Origin: Terriglobia bacterium
GTDB lineage: Bacteria; Acidobacteriota; Terriglobia; 20CM-2-55-15
Direction: 5' to 3'
Assembly (NCBI GenBank): GCA_965218585.1
Contig: CBDCLE010000026.1
Location: 224,001 to 288,000 of the forward strand
DNA length: 64,000 bases
Shown here: positions 51,546-61,840 of the stretch, piece after piece
Numbering within the stretch: the stretch's first letter is position 1
Layout: each line of letters opens with the position of its first letter
Notes under the pieces: generated by a model
What the model was told of the DNA's origin: nothing
What the model saw: the letters and a program-made list of their open reading frames with translations, nothing else
Database searches by the model: none
Position numbers and translations under genes: made by a program

Positions 51546-52982
51546 ATGCGTATTAAGCTCATTGTCGCCGTCATGGCCATCTTGCTGATTGGATCGGTGA
51601 GCAGCGCTGCTATGGCCGGTCAGGCTCAGGCACGCACCTCCATCGGCGATACCGCTCTGGTGGCAGCCGTAAAGTCGGGAGATGTGGACAACGTCCGTCA
51701 ACTGCTGGAAAACGGCGCGGACGTGAACGCTGCGGCGGGCGACACCTCCACGGCCCTGATCTGGGCAGCCGTCCGCGACGACCTCGAGACTGCACAGCTG
51801 TTGCTGGATGCCGGTGCGGATCCCAACATTGCGACTCGCACAAACATAGTTCCGCTGTACGAAGCGATCACCCGAGGAAACACTGAAATGGTTGATGCGC
51901 TGCTCAAAGCGGGCGCCGACGTAAACGCGCGCGTTTATGAGGGCGGCGACACGCCGCTGATGAACGCAGCACGCGTGGGCGACCTCGAGATCGCCGAGAG
52001 ACTGATCGGTAGCGGGGCGGAAGTGCTGCCGACTGAAGACAACTGGGGACTCGATGCGATGATGTTCGCCGCGACGGGAAACCACGGTGATATCGTAAAA
52101 CTCCTCGCTCGGAACGGCGCGAATCCCAATACGGTCTCAACGTTCTTTGACCACACCGACGTTGAGTTCCAGTCCGGCATGCCGAGTTGGAACAGGACAA
52201 GTGGAGGCCTCACTGCACTTCACTTCGCTGCCCGAATGGGAAACGTCGATGCTGGAAGGGAGTTAGTGGCGGCCGGGTCCGAACTCGGAATCGAGGACGA
52301 GTTTTTCGGATATACACCGTTGCAGATGGCGGTTACAAACCAGCAAGCCGAGTTTGTTTCGCTATTGATCGAGGCGGGAGCGGATTTGAATGACGGTTCG
52401 TTGTACCTGGCCGTGGACGCCCTGTCCTATGCCGACAGGTTGGGTACGGTAACAAATCGACGCAACAGCTTCGCAACCCTTAGACGGCTTCTTGAGGCAG
52501 GTGCGGATCCCAACGCACCGTATACGAAGCAGGTTGCACGTCACCGCGGTTACCGGGCAGGTGCCGCACCGGGCGCGAGCCCACTCTACATCGCGACTAC
52601 GGGTACACGGCCCGATGCTGTGCAGTTACTTCTGGACTTTGGAGCCAATGCCTCGGCCGCAACCACGGCCGGCGCAACCTCGTTGCTGGCCATCGTCGGG
52701 TTCAGACCGGGACCGAGGGGGACGTTCGGTGGGCCCAGTTCTCTCGGCAATGAATCCGCCCGGGTCGAGATCGTGAAGTCACTGATCGCGGCGGGTGGCA
52801 ATATCCGTTCAGAGGACGGCAACACCGGAAACACGGTCCTTCATTTTGCGGCGGGGAACGGAATGAGAAAGGTCTATGATGTCCTCGTGGCATACGGTGC
52901 CTCTATGTCGGAGGAAAACGACGAAGGACAGACGCCGGCAGACTTGTTAGTCAGAATGGAATCTGCCAGCAGAGAGGAATAG
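51546..52982 (+). CDS. Secreted ankyrin-repeat protein
   Basis: Multiple GADVN / TPL..AA repeats; signal peptide. Confidence 0.9.
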   Translation: MRIKLIVAVMAILLIGSVSSAAMAGQAQARTSIGDTALVAAVKSGDVDNVRQLLENGADVNAAAGDTSTALIWAAVRDDLETAQLLLDAGADPNIATRTNIVPLYEAITRGNTEMVDALLKAGADVNARVYEGGDTPLMNAARVGDLEIAERLIGSGAEVLPTEDNWGLDAMMFAATGNHGDIVKLLARNGANPNTVSTFFDHTDVEFQSGMPSWNRTSGGLTALHFAARMGNVDAGRELVAAGSELGIEDEFFGYTPLQMAVTNQQAEFVSLLIEAGADLNDGSLYLAVDALSYADRLGTVTNRRNSFATLRRLLEAGADPNAPYTKQVARHRGYRAGAAPGASPLYIATTGTRPDAVQLLLDFGANASAATTAGATSLLAIVGFRPGPRGTFGGPSSLGNESARVEIVKSLIAAGGNIRSEDGNTGNTVLHFAAGNGMRKVYDVLVAYGASMSEENDEGQTPADLLVRMESASREE

Positions 52983-53012
52983 CACAGTTCCACTACGAAG
53001 GCGGCGGATCAC

Positions 53013-53043
53013 GAAAAGGCGGGCCTTTCGGGCCCGCCTTTTC
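53013..53043. terminator. Rho-independent terminator, bidirectional shape
   Basis: GAAAAGGCGGGCC-TTTCG-GGCCCGCCTTTTC. Confidence 0.85.
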
Positions 53044-53137
53044 TTATTGAAGGTACGTTATACTTTTGTCCGACACGTCGTTAGACCGACCAACCGCAAC
53101 TGACATTTCTATTTTCAAAAGCTCGAAAGGAGATCGC

Positions 53138-53533
53138 ATGAGTAACGTTATCCCCGAAGGTATGCTGGATTTGCTGGAAGCACCCAATGTTGCAACGCTG
53201 TCAACGCTGATGCCTGACGGCAGCCCGCAGCTCACGCCCGTCTGGTTCGACTATGACGGTAGCCGAATCCGGGTCAACTCGGCGAGAGGTCGGGTCAAGG
53301 ACAAGAACATGCGCCGCGACCCAAGAGTGGCGATCGCTTTTGTAGATCCAAAGAACCCCTACCACTATCTTGAGATCCGCGGCCGCGTCGAAAAGATCGA
53401 CGAAGAGGGTGCAGACACACATATTGACTCACTGGCGAAGCGCTATCTGGACAAAGACACCTACCCTTACCGCAATTCTGAAGAAGTTCGGGTTATTTAC
53501 ACCATAGTCCCGGAACGGACCACGAGCAGGTAA
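53138..53533 (+). CDS. PPOX-class (F420-dependent-like) oxidoreductase
   Basis: ATLSTLMPDGSPQLTPVW, K.KNMRRDPRVAI. Confidence 0.88.
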   Translation: MSNVIPEGMLDLLEAPNVATLSTLMPDGSPQLTPVWFDYDGSRIRVNSARGRVKDKNMRRDPRVAIAFVDPKNPYHYLEIRGRVEKIDEEGADTHIDSLAKRYLDKDTYPYRNSEEVRVIYTIVPERTTSR

Positions 53534-53545
53534 CGGCCAGTCCCG

Positions 53546-54376
53546 GTGGAACCGTCCCCTCCTACTCCCGCCCTCCTCTACGGAACAGCCTGGAAGGAAG
53601 AACGGACCGAAGCTCTCACCCAACTGGCGCTCCGGGCGGGCTTTCGCGGCATAGACACCGCCAACCAGCGGCGGCACTACGTCGAAGCTGCGGTGGGTAA
53701 CGGGCTGGCCGCAGCCTACACCGAAGGCCTGGTCCGGCGAGATGATCTCTTTCTACAAACAAAATTCACATTCCTCCCCGGTCAGGATCACCGCCTACCC
53801 TACGACCCTGCTGCCGAGCTTTCCGTTCAGGTCGCTCAATCCATGGCCAGTTCGCTCGAACACCTCGCTACAAACTATGTGGATTCCTATGTCCTGCACG
53901 GCCCATCGGCCCGCCATGGCTGGGGGGAAGCGGACAGAGAGGTCTGGACGGCAATGGCAGCCGAACGCGACGCTGGCCGCGCTCATGTGCTCGGCGTAAG
54001 CAACGTTTCCCTGAGACATCTGGAGCAAATGACTCACATCCACGGAGAGGCTCCTCGGTTTGTTCAAAACCGTTGCTATGCGAACCGTGGATGGGACCGG
54101 AAAGTTCGATCCTTCTGCAGAGACCACGACATCGTCTACCAGGGGTTCTCCCTCCTCACCGCCAACCCGGAAGTTCTCGATCATCCGTTCGTCGGAGAAA
54201 TTGCTGACAGGACTGGCTCCACCCCAGCACAAGTCGTGTTCCGGTTTGCCCGGGCCCTCGGCATGCTTCCACTGACCGGAACGTCCGATCCACGGCACAT
54301 GGAACAGGACCTGGCCAGTAGCGAGCTAATGCTCAGTTCCACGGAAGTCGAAACCATCGAATCCATTACAGGCTAA
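53546..54376 (+). CDS. Aldo/keto reductase
   Basis: LYGTAWK, GFRGIDTA, YVDSYVLHGP, LGVSN. Confidence 0.9.
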   Translation: MEPSPPTPALLYGTAWKEERTEALTQLALRAGFRGIDTANQRRHYVEAAVGNGLAAAYTEGLVRRDDLFLQTKFTFLPGQDHRLPYDPAAELSVQVAQSMASSLEHLATNYVDSYVLHGPSARHGWGEADREVWTAMAAERDAGRAHVLGVSNVSLRHLEQMTHIHGEAPRFVQNRCYANRGWDRKVRSFCRDHDIVYQGFSLLTANPEVLDHPFVGEIADRTGSTPAQVVFRFARALGMLPLTGTSDPRHMEQDLASSELMLSSTEVETIESITG

Positions 54377-54590
54377 AGTCCTCTGACTCCGAGGACCGGC
54401 CTGTCTTCACCCTCCACAAGCCAGGGCCCGTCATCCTAGAGTGCCCGGGCGCCTCATCGCAGCTGAACTGCCACTAAATCTATCCATCAGCGAAGCCGAT
54501 AAGAGTGTTGTAAGGCCCTTGAAACAGAAAGCGGGATCCAGGCGCGACCTGTTGTCCAAAGCTTTGAATTTCAAGGACATATGTGAGGAC

Positions 54591-56342
54591 ATGCAAGCAC
54601 TCAGACAAGACGAAATCGGGGTGGCTCTAGAGAGCATTACCGGAAACGCCGACATCGTGGGATTCACGCCGCGTCTGGCGGAATTGACCGATATCGCGCT
54701 CCCCCCCGACCCGGGCGATCTGGTCGAGCGCCTCAAGCAATTGAACGAGGTCGGCGTGGCGCTCTCCACCGAAACAGAAATCGACTCACTCCTGGAAACG
54801 ATACTGGTGGCGGCAAAGGCCACGACCAACGCAGACGCCGGAACGCTCTACCGGGTCACCGAAGAGCACACCCTCCAGTTTGAGATCATGCGTACCGACT
54901 CTCTTGGCATCGCGCTGGGCGGAGCCTCGGGAGCTCGAGTCGAGTTTGATCCGCTGCCGCTATACGATAAGAATGGCAATCCCATCTACTCGAATGTTGT
55001 GGCGTATGCCTATCATCACGACACATCGCTGAACATAGCGGATGCTTACACCGAACAAGGCTTCGACTTCTCAGGCACGCGGGAATTCGACAGAAAGACC
55101 GGTTACCGTTCGACGTCGTTCCTGACCGTACCGATGAAAAACCATGAGAACGAAATCATCGGTGTTCTTCAGTTGCTGAATGCTAAACACCCAGTAACGG
55201 ACGAAGTGGTTCCCTTTTCACACGAAGACCAAGACCTGGCAGAGTCGCTGGCATCACAGGCCGCAATCGCCCTTACCAATCGTCTGTTGATCCACCGGTT
55301 GGAGAATCTTTTCGAGTCCTTCATCGGCCTGGTGAACGGTGCTATCGACGAAAAATCTCCCTATACGGGCGGACACTGCGACCGCGTCCCTCTGCTGACG
55401 ATGATGCTTGCCGATGCCGTCAACAGTTGCGAGGTGGGTTCACTCGCCTACTTCACCATGACCGAGGAAGATCGTCATGAACTGAAGATCGCCGGCCTTC
55501 TGCACGACTGCGGCAAGGTCACCACACCGGTTCACGTCGTCGACAAGGCCACCAAGCTGGAAACAATCTACGATCGAATCAACACGATCGAAACACGCTT
55601 CGAAGTCGTCCGCCGGGACGCCGAGATCGCGATGCTCTGCGCCAAAATCGACGCCATGCAAAACGGACTGGACGATACAGCGAAAAGGATTGAGAGCGAC
55701 TTCGAACAACAGGTCGCCGAAATGGAATCCGATCGCAAGTTCCTGCGTGTCTCGAACGTCGGTGGTGAGTTCATGAAGCCCGAGGACATCGAACGCATCA
55801 TGGATATCTCCTCGAAATACCGATGGACAGACTCCGACGGACGCCACACCGACTTCCTGACAGAAAACGAAATCGAGAACCTCACAATCCGCGCAGGCAC
55901 GCTGACCGAAGAGGAACGCGGGATCATCAACGAACACATCGAGGCGACCAACCGGATGCTCGAGGCCCTGCCATGGCCCAAGCACCTCAAGAATGTTCCC
56001 GAGTATGCAGGTGGACATCACGAAAAAATGGATGGAACGGGCTATCCCAAGGGTCTCACTCGTGATGACATGTCCGTGCAGGCGCGTTGCATGGCGATCG
56101 CGGACGTGTTCGAAGCCCTTACGGCCAAGGATCGGCCCTACAAGAAAGGTAAAACGCTTTCCGAGTCACTGGAAATTCTCGGCAAGTTGAAGCTCAACGG
56201 CCACATCGATCCCGATCTGTTCGACGTGTTTATCTGGGAAAAGGTCTACCTGAGATACGCCGAACAGCATCTGGACCCTTACCAGATCGACAAAGTCGAC
56301 CTCTCGAAGATCCCCGGCTACGAACCGCCCCCTGCCAGCTAG
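54591..56342 (+). CDS. GAF + HD-GYP cyclic-dinucleotide phosphodiesterase
   Basis: GAF (FDRKTGYRSTSFLTVPM); LHDCGK, HHEKMDGTGYP, IADVFEALT..RPYK. Confidence 0.92.
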   Translation: MQALRQDEIGVALESITGNADIVGFTPRLAELTDIALPPDPGDLVERLKQLNEVGVALSTETEIDSLLETILVAAKATTNADAGTLYRVTEEHTLQFEIMRTDSLGIALGGASGARVEFDPLPLYDKNGNPIYSNVVAYAYHHDTSLNIADAYTEQGFDFSGTREFDRKTGYRSTSFLTVPMKNHENEIIGVLQLLNAKHPVTDEVVPFSHEDQDLAESLASQAAIALTNRLLIHRLENLFESFIGLVNGAIDEKSPYTGGHCDRVPLLTMMLADAVNSCEVGSLAYFTMTEEDRHELKIAGLLHDCGKVTTPVHVVDKATKLETIYDRINTIETRFEVVRRDAEIAMLCAKIDAMQNGLDDTAKRIESDFEQQVAEMESDRKFLRVSNVGGEFMKPEDIERIMDISSKYRWTDSDGRHTDFLTENEIENLTIRAGTLTEEERGIINEHIEATNRMLEALPWPKHLKNVPEYAGGHHEKMDGTGYPKGLTRDDMSVQARCMAIADVFEALTAKDRPYKKGKTLSESLEILGKLKLNGHIDPDLFDVFIWEKVYLRYAEQHLDPYQIDKVDLSKIPGYEPPPAS

Positions 56343-56824
56343 TCGCCAAGATCCAACTTCATATAGACCACATCTTCGATAGGGTTTTCGTAATAGGGTG
56401 CGACTTCACCAAAGCCGAGCGACCGATACAGTTCCCTTGCCGGCAACATCGAAGCAAGTGTATCCAGCACCATCCGGTTGTAACCCATTTCCTTCGCTCG
56501 CCCGATGAGGGTTCGGACCAACTCCCGCGCGACGCCCTGCCCTCTGGCAGAAGGCCTTACATACATCCGTTTCAGCTCGCAGATCTGTTTTTCAAACGGG
56601 CGAAGGGCCACGCAACCGACGATCGCTCCATTCCGCCTAGCCAGCAACAAACAGCCCTTCGGTGGCCCATACACGTCCGGTAACGCTTCGAGTTCGGAGG
56701 CAAAATTCTGAAAACTCAGATCGAGACCTATCTCCTCCACGTATTCCTCAAACAACCTTCTCGCTTCGAGAAATTCAGCCGGTGTTTGGGCATTCGCAAT
56801 GACTATGTTTACTCGTCCATCCAT
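56339..56824 (-). CDS. GNAT N-acetyltransferase
   Basis: ELKRMYVRPSARGQGVA, LYRSLGF. Confidence 0.9.
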   Translation of the reverse strand: MDGRVNIVIANAQTPAEFLEARRLFEEYVEEIGLDLSFQNFASELEALPDVYGPPKGCLLLARRNGAIVGCVALRPFEKQICELKRMYVRPSARGQGVARELVRTLIGRAKEMGYNRMVLDTLASMLPARELYRSLGFGEVAPYYENPIEDVVYMKLDLGD

Positions 56825-56834
56825 CGCAAGTCCC

Positions 56835-56898
56835 CTGTAGGTGCGATCTATGACCGCACAGCTCTTATTCGTTGTGCGCTCATAGACCGCACCTACAG
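56835..56898. repeat. GTAG-type REP doublet
   Basis: CTGTAGGTGCGATCTATGACCGCAC...GTGCGCTCATAGACCGCACCTACAG. Confidence 0.7.
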
Positions 56899-56909
56899 AA
56901 ACAAGAAAG

Positions 56910-58754
56910 CTAACTTTTCGCTGCGATCACTTCGAGAAAGGTTTGCCCGTACCGTTTCAGTTTCGACTCTCCGACACCGGATATCCCGGCGAACTCGGCT
57001 TTCGAGCTCGGCCGGTGCCGCACGAGCTCGACAAGTGTCGCGTCGTTGAACACGATATACGCGGGCACGTTCTGAGCCCTGGCAATCTGGAATCGCTTCG
57101 CGCGCAATCGATCGAAGAGCGCGAGGTCCTCCGCCGATGACATCACGAATGCGTCGGCAACCTTCCGCTTGGCCTTCAGTTTTCGTGCCGGCCGCCCAGC
57201 TTCCTTCCTGAGTGACACGGAAGCTTCGCCGCGTAAAACGGACACGACCCGCTCGCCCGGGCCCAGTCGCAATACGCTGTGGTTTTCCAGGTCGACGCGA
57301 ATCATTCCGAGAGCTACCAGCTGTCTCAGAACGCCCAACCACTGTCGATCGTTTAGATCGGTACCCATGCCAAATACTTTCAGGCGGTCATGGCCGAAAC
57401 GTCGAGCCTTCTCGGTGATCTTGCCAACCAGCACATCCACGATATGCCGGGTTCCGAAAGATTCACCGCATCGGTGGATCGCCGACAAGGCCAGACGCGT
57501 CTCCCGGGTCGCATCGATCACCTCGACCGGCTCAAGACACGTGTCGCAATTACCACATGGATCAATCTGTTCACCAAAGTATTCGAGCATGACCTGGCGG
57601 CGGCAGCGTGCTGTTTCGCAATAACCCAACAGGGCTTCGAGCTTCCTGTGTTCGATCCGCCGGACTTCGTCGGGTGCCGTCGATTCCTCCATCAGGCTCC
57701 TGAGCAAAGCCAGATCCTGGAGACCGTAAACCATGAACGCGTCGGCAGGCAGGCCGTCGCGTCCGGCCCGACCCGTCTCCTGGTAATAAGCCTCGAAGGA
57801 TTTCGGCATATCCATATGGGCCACAAAGCGAACGTCCGGCTTGTCGATGCCCATTCCAAAGGCAATCGTCGCTACGATCACGACGCCATCCTCCATGATG
57901 AAGCGTTCGTGATTGCGCGTTCGGGTTCGAGCGTCGAGCCCAGCGTGGTAGGACAACGCACGAACCCCTTCTTTTTCCAGATAAGCCGCCATACGGTCTA
58001 CGCTCTTGCGACTCATCGCATACACGATCCCCGCCTCGTCGCGGTGGCCGGTCTTGATGAAATCCAGCACCTGACGCTTCGGATTGTCCTTCACGCGCAC
58101 GCGGTAGTGTATGTTGGGCCGGTTAAAACTGGCGATGAACACGCGCGCCTGTTCGAGGCGGAGCTGGTGGATGATATCGCGGCGCGTAACGTCATCGGCC
58201 GTGGCAGTGAGCGCGATTCGGGGCACCGAAGCGAAACGATCGGTAAGCAGGGCGAGCTTTCGGTATTCCGTCCTGAAATCGTGTCCCCACTGGCTGACGC
58301 AATGTGCCTCGTCGATGGCAAACAACGCGATCTCCGATCGGTCGAGTTGTTCCAGAAGACTATCAGTCAGCAGACGTTCCGGCGACACATACAGGATGTC
58401 GAGTTCTCCGTGATCAATCGCTCTTCGTGCGGCCCAAGAATCATCGCGGCTCAGGTTGGAAGTCAACGCTACAGCACGGACGCCGGACTGGCGTAATTGT
58501 GAAACCTGATCCTCCATCAAAGCAATCAGTGGCGACACCACTACACCCATACCGGGCCGGCACAGTGCAGGCACCTGGTAACAGATGGACTTTCCACCCC
58601 CGGTCGGCATCAGGACCAGCGCATCGCCTGAATCGGCAACATGAGTGACAATTTCTTCCTGAAGACCGCGAAAACCAGAATGGCCGAACACACGAGCCAA
58701 GACCTCATGAGGGTCCTGTCCGGTCCCAAACATGTTGGAGGAGATTTCTGCCAT
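56910..58754 (-). CDS. recQ: ATP-dependent DNA helicase RecQ
   Basis: MPTGGGKS, DEAHCVSQWGHDFR, QETGRAGRDG, Zn/RQC and HRDC domains. Confidence 0.97.
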   Translation of the reverse strand: MAEISSNMFGTGQDPHEVLARVFGHSGFRGLQEEIVTHVADSGDALVLMPTGGGKSICYQVPALCRPGMGVVVSPLIALMEDQVSQLRQSGVRAVALTSNLSRDDSWAARRAIDHGELDILYVSPERLLTDSLLEQLDRSEIALFAIDEAHCVSQWGHDFRTEYRKLALLTDRFASVPRIALTATADDVTRRDIIHQLRLEQARVFIASFNRPNIHYRVRVKDNPKRQVLDFIKTGHRDEAGIVYAMSRKSVDRMAAYLEKEGVRALSYHAGLDARTRTRNHERFIMEDGVVIVATIAFGMGIDKPDVRFVAHMDMPKSFEAYYQETGRAGRDGLPADAFMVYGLQDLALLRSLMEESTAPDEVRRIEHRKLEALLGYCETARCRRQVMLEYFGEQIDPCGNCDTCLEPVEVIDATRETRLALSAIHRCGESFGTRHIVDVLVGKITEKARRFGHDRLKVFGMGTDLNDRQWLGVLRQLVALGMIRVDLENHSVLRLGPGERVVSVLRGEASVSLRKEAGRPARKLKAKRKVADAFVMSSAEDLALFDRLRAKRFQIARAQNVPAYIVFNDATLVELVRHRPSSKAEFAGISGVGESKLKRYGQTFLEVIAAKS

Positions 58755-58867
58755 CGTCAGTCATCTTACGGTCAACGGTGGACTCCACCGGGCCATGTGT
58801 TCTGTTGCTATGCAATTGTGAATCCAACGATAGACATATATCTTGTTATTTTCTGGAGGACCTGGAG

Positions 58868-59888
58868 TTGAGCGAAATCGATCCATTGAAAATCATGCAG
58901 TCCGGTCTCGGGTTCTGGCAGGCCAAATGTCTCCTGTCGGCCATCGAACTGAACGTCTTTACAGAACTCGGGAAGGGACCGAAGACACGAGAGGCGATCG
59001 GAGAGACCCTTGGGTTGCATCCCAAAGGAATTCCGGATTTTCTCGACGGTCTTGTGGCAATGAAGTTCATTGAACGCGATGGTGGTGGAGAAGAGGCGAT
59101 CTACAGAAATAGCGAAGGAGCCGGACGTTTTCTCGACCGTAACAGCAGCGAATATATGGCCGGTTATCTGGAAATGGCCAACAGCCGATTGTTCCCCTTC
59201 TGGGTGGGTCTGACCGACACCTTGCGAACCGGCAAACCCCAAAACGAGGTCAGGGGTTCGGGACCACAGATTTTCGACGAGCTATACCGCGATCCTGATC
59301 GCCTGGAACAGTACGTGAATGCGATGAGCGGCATCGGCATGTCGAACTTCAGAGCTTTCGCCCGAATTTGATTTCTCCAGCTTCCGCACTCTTTCCGACA
59401 TCGGCGGTTCCGGTGGCCGGTTTTCCATCGAAGTGGCACGTGCTCATCCTCACATAAAGTGCGTTACGTGCGATTTGCCAGCGGTGGAGTCCATTGCCCG
59501 GCGCACGATCGCTGAAGCCGGTTTGGGGGACAGGGTCAGCGCCGTCACATGCGACATGTTCGAAGACCCCTTTCCTGCCGCGGACATGATCACCATGGGG
59601 ATGGTTCTGCATAACTGGAGCCTGGAAAAACAAATGCTTCTCATCCGAAAGGCATTCGAAACTCTGCCATCGGATGGAGTCTTTGTGATCGTGGAAAACC
59701 TGATCGACGACGAGCGGCGGGAAAATCTGTTCGGCTTGATGATGTCTCTGAACATGCTCGTGAGCTGTGGAAATGCAGCCGATTTTACAGGACAGGATTT
59801 TGCCCGATGGTCCAAGGAGGTCGGGTTTCGGCGAACTGAAGTCCTGCATCTACTGGGGCCGTGCAGCGCGGCTATAGCATGGAAATGA
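58868..59888 (+). pseudogene. Class II O-methyltransferase with a frameshift near 59365 (possibly an assembly error)
   Basis: Dimerisation domain (SAIELNVFTEL) in one frame; FDFSSFRTLSDIGGSGG and MGMVLHNW in the next. Confidence 0.85.
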
Positions 59889-60021
59889 TTCTGAAGACAC
59901 GGATGTTGGGCAAGTGAAAGAGTAGAGAAGACTACGGTGCCCGGGATACACGCGAACTCCTGTTCAATTCTGCGGCACCGATTCCAGTGCGGTGTGCCTT
60001 CTAAATGCTCATAATGAAGTG

Positions 60022-60363
60022 ATGTCGTCCGAATCGATCGTTTCACAGATCCAACGTGAAGTAACTTCGTGGCCCGGAGTCAAGGCGGAGCGTGGGGGCG
60101 GCATTCTCTTCTTCCAGATCGGTGATCGCGAGGTCGGCCATCTGCACGGCAACCAGCTGGCGGACGTGCCCTTCCCTGTTCGAATTCGGGAGAAGGTAGT
60201 GGCGGAGGGCAAAGCGGACCTTCACTACCTGCATCCGGAATCCGGATGGATTACCTACTACATCCACGGAGAGGAGGATGTAGAGCCGATCATCGAGCTA
60301 TTTCGCTTGAACTACGACCGCCCCTGGCTGAACCGGGAATCTCTAACTGAAGGGCGTCGATGA
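60022..60363 (+). CDS. DUF5519 / luciferase-like domain protein
   Basis: V.SWPGV, REVGHLHG...DVPFP, HPESGWIT. Confidence 0.75.
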   Translation: MSSESIVSQIQREVTSWPGVKAERGGGILFFQIGDREVGHLHGNQLADVPFPVRIREKVVAEGKADLHYLHPESGWITYYIHGEEDVEPIIELFRLNYDRPWLNRESLTEGRR

Positions 60364-60974
60364 TGCGAAGGCTGCTTCTTCTACCAATGCTCCTGATCCT
60401 TGGGTCGATTCCCGTGGAGTCCCAGACGCCAGCGTCCGAACCCGCTGCCGGTGTGTTCCTGGTTGCAAAACCCGAGATGCCCGACCCACGTTTTCAGGAA
60501 ACCGTAATCCTCCTGCTTGCACATGACGATGATGGTTCGATGGGATTGGTCATCAACCGTCCCACAGACATCACAGTTCCCGGCACCCCTGACACCCCAC
60601 ATTTGATTTATCGCGGCGGGCCGGTCGCCGCAAATCAGATCTTTGCCCTCGGGCGTGGCACACCGCCCGAAGGCCCGTCACAGCCGCTATGGGAAGACGT
60701 GTGGTGGAGCACACAGCGCGGAGTGATCGAAACGCTCCTGGCCGAGGAGGCCACACCCGATAGACTGCGTGTGTTCACGGGATACGCGGGCTGGGGTGCA
60801 GGTCAGTTGGATGCAGAACTCCGAGCGGTCAACTCGTGGGTACTACTGGAGGCCGATCCCGATGACGTTTTCAGCCAGGAGACTGAAAGCCTCTGGGACC
60901 GGCTCACCGGCCGCGACCGCCCCCTTCTAGCGTGGCATCGAGCCACTCTCGGTCGAAAGCCGCCGAACCCCTAA
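60360..60974 (+). CDS. YqgE/AlgH family protein with signal peptide
   Basis: FLVA.P...DPRF, GLVINRP, GGPV, GYAGWGAGQL..E. Confidence 0.88.
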   Translation: MMRRLLLLPMLLILGSIPVESQTPASEPAAGVFLVAKPEMPDPRFQETVILLLAHDDDGSMGLVINRPTDITVPGTPDTPHLIYRGGPVAANQIFALGRGTPPEGPSQPLWEDVWWSTQRGVIETLLAEEATPDRLRVFTGYAGWGAGQLDAELRAVNSWVLLEADPDDVFSQETESLWDRLTGRDRPLLAWHRATLGRKPPNP

Positions 60975-61264
60975 GATGATCCGGTCTTGAAAAGCTTGTC
61001 TTCGAGATTCGCATCCTTGTCGGTCCGGGTGCCAATTTTGATGGCCGTGGACAGACGCGTTGTGCCTTCGGCGTGAAGCGTCTCGTGCACCCTTTTGATA
61101 GTTGAGAGAATCGTGTCGAGATCCCCTTCCACATTCGTCCCGTAGGAATGGAGCTGCACCTTGAGCCCCGAAGCCCGAATCACCTCATGAGCTCGTTGGA
61201 CTTCGGTTCGGACCGACACGCCGACACCGATCGGAACTACCTGAATTTCAGCAAGTGCTTTCAT
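60971..61264 (-). CDS. MTH1187/YqgV thiamine-binding family protein
   Basis: IQVVPIG.GVSV, LHSYGTNVEG, KIGTRTDK. Confidence 0.85.
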   Translation of the reverse strand: MKALAEIQVVPIGVGVSVRTEVQRAHEVIRASGLKVQLHSYGTNVEGDLDTILSTIKRVHETLHAEGTTRLSTAIKIGTRTDKDANLEDKLFKTGSS

Positions 61265-61423
61265 GTCCACTACTTTAGCTGCTTGGCCGGCCACCGAACA
61301 GGTCTCCTGCATCCATCGGGATAATCGCGACTTGACTTCTGCAGGGGGGCTGCGAAACAGAAACATCAATATCCCTGACGATTACTTTGCAGGACGATCC
61401 GTTTTGCGATAGAAATAGAGTGA

Positions 61424-61819
61424 ATGAGTAAGACCGACATCTACCCTGCCGCCCGCGTTCTGGACACCTGGGTGAACCACGCCTGGAAGGAAGGTCTCCA
61501 GCTGGAGTCGGTGGATGATTTCACCGAAATTCATGTTCAGACGCGCAACAGCACTTACGAAATCACGGTCATCGATGGGTTCTCAAGAGAAGTCGTCGTC
61601 CGGGGCGGCCGTTTCTTCCCTGAAAAGACACGCGTTCATCTGGCGGGAAGTTCGCTGGGTGGAGGTTTTCTCAAGGTCGGAGGCATCTACGTCGGCTTCA
61701 GCCTTGAACTCGTATCAAGCGAAGACACGATTATCACGACGCGAGTCCGGTCCATCGTAGTCTATTCGACACCTCAATCCGCAAAAAAACGACAGACCCA
61801 CCCCACGCGCGGAGATTGA
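61424..61819 (+). CDS. Conserved hypothetical protein
   Basis: VQTRNSTYEI, GGRFFP, GSSLGG..LK.G.I..G, ITTRV. Confidence 0.7.
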   Translation: MSKTDIYPAARVLDTWVNHAWKEGLQLESVDDFTEIHVQTRNSTYEITVIDGFSREVVVRGGRFFPEKTRVHLAGSSLGGGFLKVGGIYVGFSLELVSSEDTIITTRVRSIVVYSTPQSAKKRQTHPTRGD

Positions 61820-61840
61820 CCGGATCTATCGTCCCTGTTT

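Noticed and set aside
57390-58496. Long antisense ORFs (this 368-aa one, 61961-62869, 5664-6371, 29959-30795 and others)
   Set aside because: Shadow frames of well-supported opposite-strand genes in GC-rich DNA; no motifs
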